A DNA stretch of 64,000 nucleotides from Hormiphora californensis (lineage: Eukaryota > Animalia > Ctenophora), in assembly GCA_020137815.1 (NCBI GenBank), contig CM035358.1, positions 1 to 64,000 on the forward strand. The letters run 5' to 3'. A model generated the notes under the pieces. It was not told where the DNA came from and searched no databases. It saw only the letters and a program-made list of their open reading frames with translations. Of this stretch, positions 54,916 through 64,000 are shown in pieces; position 1 is the first letter of the stretch; every line of letters begins with the position of its first letter. The position numbers and the translations under genes are program-made.

Positions 54916-55264
54916 TCATCAAGGGTTGGTGTATATTACACTTTCTCCGACACGGACTCAAGCACGGGGGTGCAGGTAGCCTTCAGAAGGTTGGGTATGA
55001 CAGTGATTTCTTTATGTGTGCATGAAAATGCAGAATCGGTTAGGGCCCGTTTGAGCTCTTAATCCCCCTCCACTAGCTTGGTTAGGGCTTTGTCAACAAG
55101 CTATAGAGAGGAGGGAACCCGGAACGGTCCCTAACCGATTCTGCATTTTCATGCACACATAAAGAAATCACTGTCAAACCCCACCTTCTGAAGGCTACCT
55201 GCACCCTCGTGCTTGAGTCCCGTGTCGGAGAAAGTGTAATATACACCAACTAAACCCTTGATGA
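54916..55264. mobile_element. Foldback MITE
   Basis: About 130-bp inverted arms TCATCAAGGGTT.../...AACCCTTGATGA. Confidence 0.7.
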
Positions 55265-55431
55265 TTGTTAAGCCCGGCGAACCCCATGGACTCCCAGGGG
55301 TAACCTAATTGGACTCCCTTGTTCTGGAACATGTTCAAGCCTACCTGGATCTACTCCCTGGCTCTGGAGCCTGTGGATGGAGGCTCTACAGTCGGAGCTG
55401 TGTGACCCTGAGGCCTGAACTTGATGTGATG

Positions 55432-55952
55432 CTTTGTTTCGTTTCGCGAAACAAACCAAAAACGAAATTTCGTTTCGTTTCGGTTTGGTTATTTGATTTC
55501 GTTTCGTTTCGTTTCGATTATTTTTGGTCAAAATTTTTTCGTTTCGGTTCGTTTCGTTTATTTTTGGTCAAATTTTTTCGTTTCGTATCGTTTATTTTTC
55601 TAATTTTTTTTTCGTTTCGTTTCGTTTCGGTTAGTTTTGGTCAATTTTTTTTCGTTTCGTTTCGGTTAATTTTTCTCAAATTTTTTCGTTTCGTTTCGTT
55701 TCGGTTAATTTTGGTCAAAATTTTTTCGTTTCGTTTATTTTTTCTCATTTTTTTTTCGTTTCGTTTCGGTTTATAAGGACTGAAAAATTTTCGTTTCGTT
55801 TATTTTTTCTCAAATTTTTTTCGTTTCAGAATAAAGAGATCTGAGCAAGAATTAATTTCGTTTCGTTTCGTTTATTTTTTCTCGTTTTTTTTTGTTTCGT
55901 TTCGTTTCGGTTATTTTTCGTGAAAAAATGATCGTTTCGTTTTCGTTTCGTA
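55432..55952. repeat. Degenerate (TTTCG)n array
   Basis: Directly visible. Confidence 0.85.
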
Positions 55953-56092
55953 TAAACGTCCGGTTCCTACAATCGTGTTGCAATGGTTAAAGGGCTGGGC
56001 TTCGAATATGTTTATCTCTACTTCTCTTTCACTCATATCTCTCTTTATCTCTCTCTGTCTCTCTTTCCCTTTCTCTCTCTCTCTCTTTTTTC

Positions 56093-59083
<2,991 letters not shown>

Positions 59084-59149
59084 TCTCTGTCTCTGTCTCT
59101 GTCTCTGTCTCTGTCTCTGTCTCTGTCTCTGTCTCTGTCTCTGTCTCTG

Positions 59150-59210
<61 letters not shown>

Positions 59211-59214
<4 letters not shown>

Positions 59215-61157
59215 CCACTACACGCACCACTCCCACACGGGGCCGTAAGGCCCCGTGCGAGAGCAGGGTTAAATCCCCCGAGCCCGGATCCTGTTGGATC
59301 TGAGGGCCCGGAGGGCCTGCGGAGTAAAGGTAGGTAGAACAATGTACAAAAGGGTATGTTGAACAATGTACATATGGGGTAAAGTAAGGATAAAAAATAA
59401 ACAAGGGGGAATAAAGCTCATGGTGACGGAGCACAAGACCTTCTAAACTATCTGGAAAGAAGCCCAACCTTCTGCAACGGAGACTAAGAAGATTCAACCT
59501 ATCAGGAGCCGAAGAAGCAAATTTCTGGAACGGAATCTAAGGCAGCCTAAAAACAAGCAGGAACGGTTGAAAATACAAAATGGGGGGGGGGGGGGGGCAA
59601 TCCATGGGGTATCCGGAGGTAGATTACATGTCGAGAACTTTCCGGAGCGTGTTCATCGAGTTGAAGAGGACTGATTTTTGGAGCTGTGAGGGGTAGATTT
59701 GCCGGGTTATAGCCTGCAAGTACTTCTCCAGTCGGGGGCTAACTCCGCCAAGAGCTCCAATCACGATGGGAATGACCGTGGCCTTTTTGAGCTCCCAAAT
59801 TCTCGTGATCTCTCTCCGTAGTTCTTGGTACTTCTCGATCTTCTCCACCTCCCTGTCTGAGACTAACCGGTCTTTCGGTACGGCAACATCAATGGGGAGT
59901 GCCTCTTTTTTCCGTTTGTCCACAAGAACTAAGTCGGGCTTGCAGGCCTCAATGGGGTTGTCTGTTTGTATGAGAAAATCCCAGAGTATCTTATAATCAT
60001 CGTTTTCTAGCACTTTGTCTGCGTAGTGGTTGTACCACTTGGACTCAGCAGGGAATCCACGGTCTCTGCACACTCCCCAGTGTAGTGCAGCAGCTACTCG
60101 ATCGTGACGCAGTTTATAGTCTCCATTGGCAAGCTTTTGGCACCCGTTTAGGATGTGCTCCACAGACTCATTGTGTTGGTTGCAGATACGGCATTTCTCG
60201 GACACTCCTTGTTGTTTCTCTATAGCAGCTTGTATCCAGTTTGTGCGAATGGCTTGATCTTGGGCGGCAAACACATCGGCTTCGGTGTATCTGCTGAGGC
60301 TCTCCTTGTTGAGCCAAGCCCAAGTCGCATCAGGGTCGCAACCCCCTTCTTCTAGCTGCTTCAGAAATCTTCCATGAAGTGGCTTACCCTTCCAGTTATC
60401 TATCAGTTGCCCTTCCAGTCTTTCTTTGAGGGCTTCTGCATTCTCTGGGGGTTTGTTCAGCATATCCTCTTTCACCATTGCTGTGTGAAGTGCACGTATC
60501 TTAGTGTCTGTGGAGTTGCTGAAGAATGATACTAGTCCTATTTCCTCCTTCACAATGACGTCTTCAATCCGTTGGAGACCTCTTCCTCCCAGCTTCCTGC
60601 TTACATACAGTCGATCAATGTCGCTGTTACTCTTGAGGAAACCTCTTCTCAGGATCTTTCTAGTAATCATGTCTAATCCTTTGGCATCAGTAGTGGTCCA
60701 GTCTAGTATCCCAGCGCCGTAGCGGATCACTGGTATCGCCCACGTGTTGATCGCAGTGGCAAGGTTCTTGCCGTGCAGGCTCGAAGATAGCAGTCTTTTG
60801 ACTCTTCTGACGTATTCGGTTTTAACCTTGGTCTTCATCCCTTGGTGCAGGATAACGTCAACCTCCAGGATGCCGAGGTATTTATAACCACCGTCTTCCA
60901 CTTCCGGGATTGTGTTCCCACTTGGTAGTTCAATTCCCTGCATGTGTTGTCTGACCCCGTCAACGATGTCTAGTGATCCACATTTAGCTATACCAAAAGA
61001 CATGTTGATGTCGGTGCTGAATTTCTCAGTGATTTCCAAGAGATGTTGGAGGTCTCCTCTCGAACTTGCGTACAGTTTCAAGTCGTCCATATAGAGCCGA
61101 TGGTTAATGGTGATATCTTCACCTTCCTCTTGTGCATCTGGTTCGGATATGGTGTAG

Positions 61158-61164
<7 letters not shown>
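59211..61164 (-). mobile_element. 5'-truncated R4/Dong element (second subfamily) with (CT)n at both ends
   Basis: 3'UTR like 23058-23420; truncation at CCTCTTC running into (CT)n. Confidence 0.9.
59624..61090 (-). CDS. C-terminal RT, CCHC and restriction-like endonuclease (open, N-terminally truncated)
   Basis: [41 protein letters not shown]. Confidence 0.85.
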   Translation of the reverse strand: MDDLKLYASSRGDLQHLLEITEKFSTDINMSFGIAKCGSLDIVDGVRQHMQGIELPSGNTIPEVEDGGYKYLGILEVDVILHQGMKTKVKTEYVRRVKRLLSSSLHGKNLATAINTWAIPVIRYGAGILDWTTTDAKGLDMITRKILRRGFLKSNSDIDRLYVSRKLGGRGLQRIEDVIVKEEIGLVSFFSNSTDTKIRALHTAMVKEDMLNKPPENAEALKERLEGQLIDNWKGKPLHGRFLKQLEEGGCDPDATWAWLNKESLSRYTEADVFAAQDQAIRTNWIQAAIEKQQGVSEKCRICNQHNESVEHILNGCQKLANGDYKLRHDRVAAALHWGVCRDRGFPAESKWYNHYADKVLENDDYKILWDFLIQTDNPIEACKPDLVLVDKRKKEALPIDVAVPKDRLVSDREVEKIEKYQELRREITRIWELKKATVIPIVIGALGGVSPRLEKYLQAITRQIYPSQLQKSVLFNSMNTLRKVLDM

Positions 61165-61211
<47 letters not shown>

Positions 61212-61213
<2 letters not shown>

Positions 61214-61660
61214 GGCTAGCTGGGTGCTAAGGATTTTCAGGACTAGGGACCAGGACCACCTTCTATTGCTTTACAAAACATACGTGAGATCGCAACTCGA
61301 ATATTGCTCGCCATTATGGTCACCACAAGGAATTGGCGAGATCCAAAGACTAGAGGCAGTACAAAGATCATTCACTGCTCGTATTGAAGGACTTGAAAAT
61401 CTCGACTATTGGGAGAGAATCAAACACCTGGGAATTTACTCTCTACAAAGACGGAGGGAGAGGTACAAAATCCTCTACATGTGGAAAATGACTAACGGTC
61501 TAGTGCCAAATCCATTCGGCATTGAATTCCGACATTCTGGGAAACGGGGACTCGTTGCATCGAGGCGTCTTGCAAAACCATCTGCACCGAAATACGTCAA
61601 AACACTGGTCCATGATTCGTTCTCATCTACAGCAGTTGCTCTCTTCAACATTGTACCATT
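61212..61660 (+). pseudogene. 3' fragment of a CR1-group ORF2
   Basis: YKTYVRSQLEYCSPLWSP, LEAVQRSFT, LDYWERI, SLQRRRERY. Confidence 0.85.
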
Positions 61661-61948
61661 CATTTTCATTCATTCATTCATTTCATTCAAACTGCCGCTG
61701 GCAGTGGCATTGCGCCGAAATAAAAACATATAATATGAAGCAAACCAGCCACACGGACCAAACTGAGTGAGGATTCAGGGTGGCGCAACAGGGTCGTTGG
61801 CACGAAGACGGTTAGGTCTTATATGTGCTTTGAACCTGTTGCCCCACCCTGGTCCCCACTGCGTCCTTACAAAGTTTATAACTGTAACAAAAGTGAGATA
61901 ATGAATTGTATATTATTAGGGTAAATCGCTCTCTCCCACTCACTCCCT

Positions 61949-62009
<61 letters not shown>

Positions 62010-62016
62010 CTCTCTC

Positions 62017-62069
<53 letters not shown>

Positions 62070-62120
62070 CGTCTCTCTCTCCTCTCTCTCTCTCTTCTCT
62101 CTTCTCTCTCTCTCTCTCTC

Positions 62121-62628
62121 TCACTCTTCCTCGGCCTCGCTAGCAACAACTGAACCTCTTCTAATTCTCCAAATCTTCTCTGGTTCAAGTTCCCTTCTCT
62201 CTCTCAATCTCGCTACCAAAACTCTACGCTCAACTCGCTCTTCAACAGTCCTGTCTGGTGCTATATAAACTGTCTGGTAGGATTCTGAGTCTTTTAGCTG
62301 AGCAGACTTGGCCAGAACTGTCCTTGCTGCCTCTCTGGTCCTAAACACTACCCGAACAAGTCGTACTCGCTTACCACTTCTCCCGAGTCTTTCAACTTTC
62401 GAGACCACTGAAGCTTCACCAAGTTCCTGGAACACGTCCTTTATCTTGTCACAGTCGTTACTATCCGCAGATTCAGGTAGTCCATACACTATCAAATTGG
62501 TGGAGTGATCTTCCGAGGCACTGACAATAGCTGTCCGGATCTTGCTGGGGGCAAGAGCAGATACACAACTCTCTTTAACAGCAGTGGCGGCAGTCTCCAA
62601 AACAGTGGAGTAGCTCTTAATCTCCTCC
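62121..62628 (-). pseudogene. LINE ORF1-like fragment homologous to 52547-53587
   Basis: NLIVYGLPE, RLG, VYIAPDRTVEERVERR. Confidence 0.7.
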
Positions 62629-62632
62629 TTAA

Positions 62633-64000
62633 CCCTTTGAGGCCCAGAGGGTCATATATGTCCAAAAGTTTGAGGCTTCCTAGCGACAAGCCTAATAAAG
62701 TTTTGGCCTAAAATAAAATGCCAGGTGGTAGCTTGAACGATTCTCTATCTATAAATGGGGACATTTTCATGCCAAGTTGTATGAGGAAGTTCCTAATTAG
62801 GACTAAATGAACCCCACTTCGGTCATTTTTTCTAATTAGGTCTCATTTCCTGATGAATTGTCCTAAACTAATTTCCTTCTAGAATAATATACTAGTAGAT
62901 TAAATGGAGCTGTTAGAACAAACGGCATCAAAAAATATTCATTTTTGACTGAGAAAACTCAATTTTTGGTTTCGGGTCATATATGACCCTCTGGGTCGTT
63001 TGGGAAGTTAAGAATTTCAAACGGCCTGAGAGTCCTCCGTATGCTTTCAGAGTCTCAAAAACTGGTTAGTCAGTGCCCTAATGATTATACAAGTCCACAG
63101 GAACCGTTTCATGAACCGTATTGACCGATTTCTACGATTTAGTCTAGGTTTAGGGTCATATATGACCCTCTGGGTCGTTCACGGAAAACTACCTATCATG
63201 TTAAATTTAGTCTTTAAACGCCGTTTATGATCAAACAAGATGCCAAACCCGCAGTAATTCATCACATTAGTGGGGGTAGAGCATCAAATTAAGTCCCTAT
63301 CTCGACCACTTATCGAGATAATTGGGTAATTATGTCATTATCATCATGCACATACCTCCAGTTTGGGAGAAGTTTTGGGGCAAATGAGGGCACTAAAACG
63401 TGTAGAATCATCGCATTAGTGGGGGTAGAGCAAAAAATTAAGTCCCTATTCCTACTTCTAACTGATATAATTGGATAATTAGGTAATTGAAGGTTGTGCA
63501 ACTACCATGCTTCACCGAAGCGCACGGTTCAGGCTGGTCCTGATCATACATCACTTCTGCATCAGGTTGTATCCTAACGGTGAAGTTCAGATTAGTTTAA
63601 AGTGAAAAGAGGTGAAATAAAACATGTCAAAGGTCGCTAAAAATAGGTTTGGGTCAAGTATGAGGGTTATTAGGCTGTAGGGATGATCCTACCTTGCGCT
63701 TCGGTGAAGCATGGTAGTTGCACAACCTTCAATTATCCAATTATCCAATTATATCAATTAGAAGTAGGAATAGGGACTTAATTTTGTGCTCTACCCCCAC
63801 TAATGCGATGATTCTACACGTTTTAGTGCCCTCATTTGCCCCAAAACGTTCTCCCAAAATCTGGAGGTATGCGCATGATGATAATGACATAATTACCTAA
63901 TTATCTCGATAAGTGGTCGAGATAGGGACTTAATTTGATGCTCTACCCCCACTAATGTGATGATTTACTGAGGGTTTAGCATCTTATTTGATCATAAACG
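62633..64000. mobile_element. piggyBac-like non-autonomous element (left end only) with internal inverted arms about 63220-63522 / 63697-64000
   Basis: TTAA|CCCTTT start; repeated GGGTCATATATGACCC palindromes; other end outside the window. Confidence 0.55.

Overview
Repeat-saturated eukaryotic (probably invertebrate) DNA with no convincing host gene, a 100-N gap at 33756-33855 and several indel-rich stretches that look like unpolished reads (about 1-19 kb and 32.1-33.7 kb). The main system is a (GA)n-microsatellite-targeting, restriction-like-endonuclease retrotransposon of the R4/Dong type. It is present as a disrupted full-length copy (23058-29603) and a 5'-truncated copy (59211-61164). It also has about 1.35-1.45 kb non-coding derivatives built as [5' HDV-like ribozyme + 5'UTR]-[23/24-bp minisatellite]-[3'UTR with covarying stem-loop], stacked head-to-tail in (GA)n tracts. 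The window also holds five minimal type-I hammerhead motifs tied to Penelope-like remnants, HERO, CR1-like and RNase H LINE fragments, and an ORF1-only element. There are many foldback/MITE DNA transposons (TTAA, TA, 4-bp and 8-bp target duplications), a Helitron and DINE-1-like elements. Region ~4.7-16.4 kb is a second version of ~35.7-51.3 kb with a largely different set of insertions, which supplies empty sites. All calls were made by eye; no folding program or database search was run.
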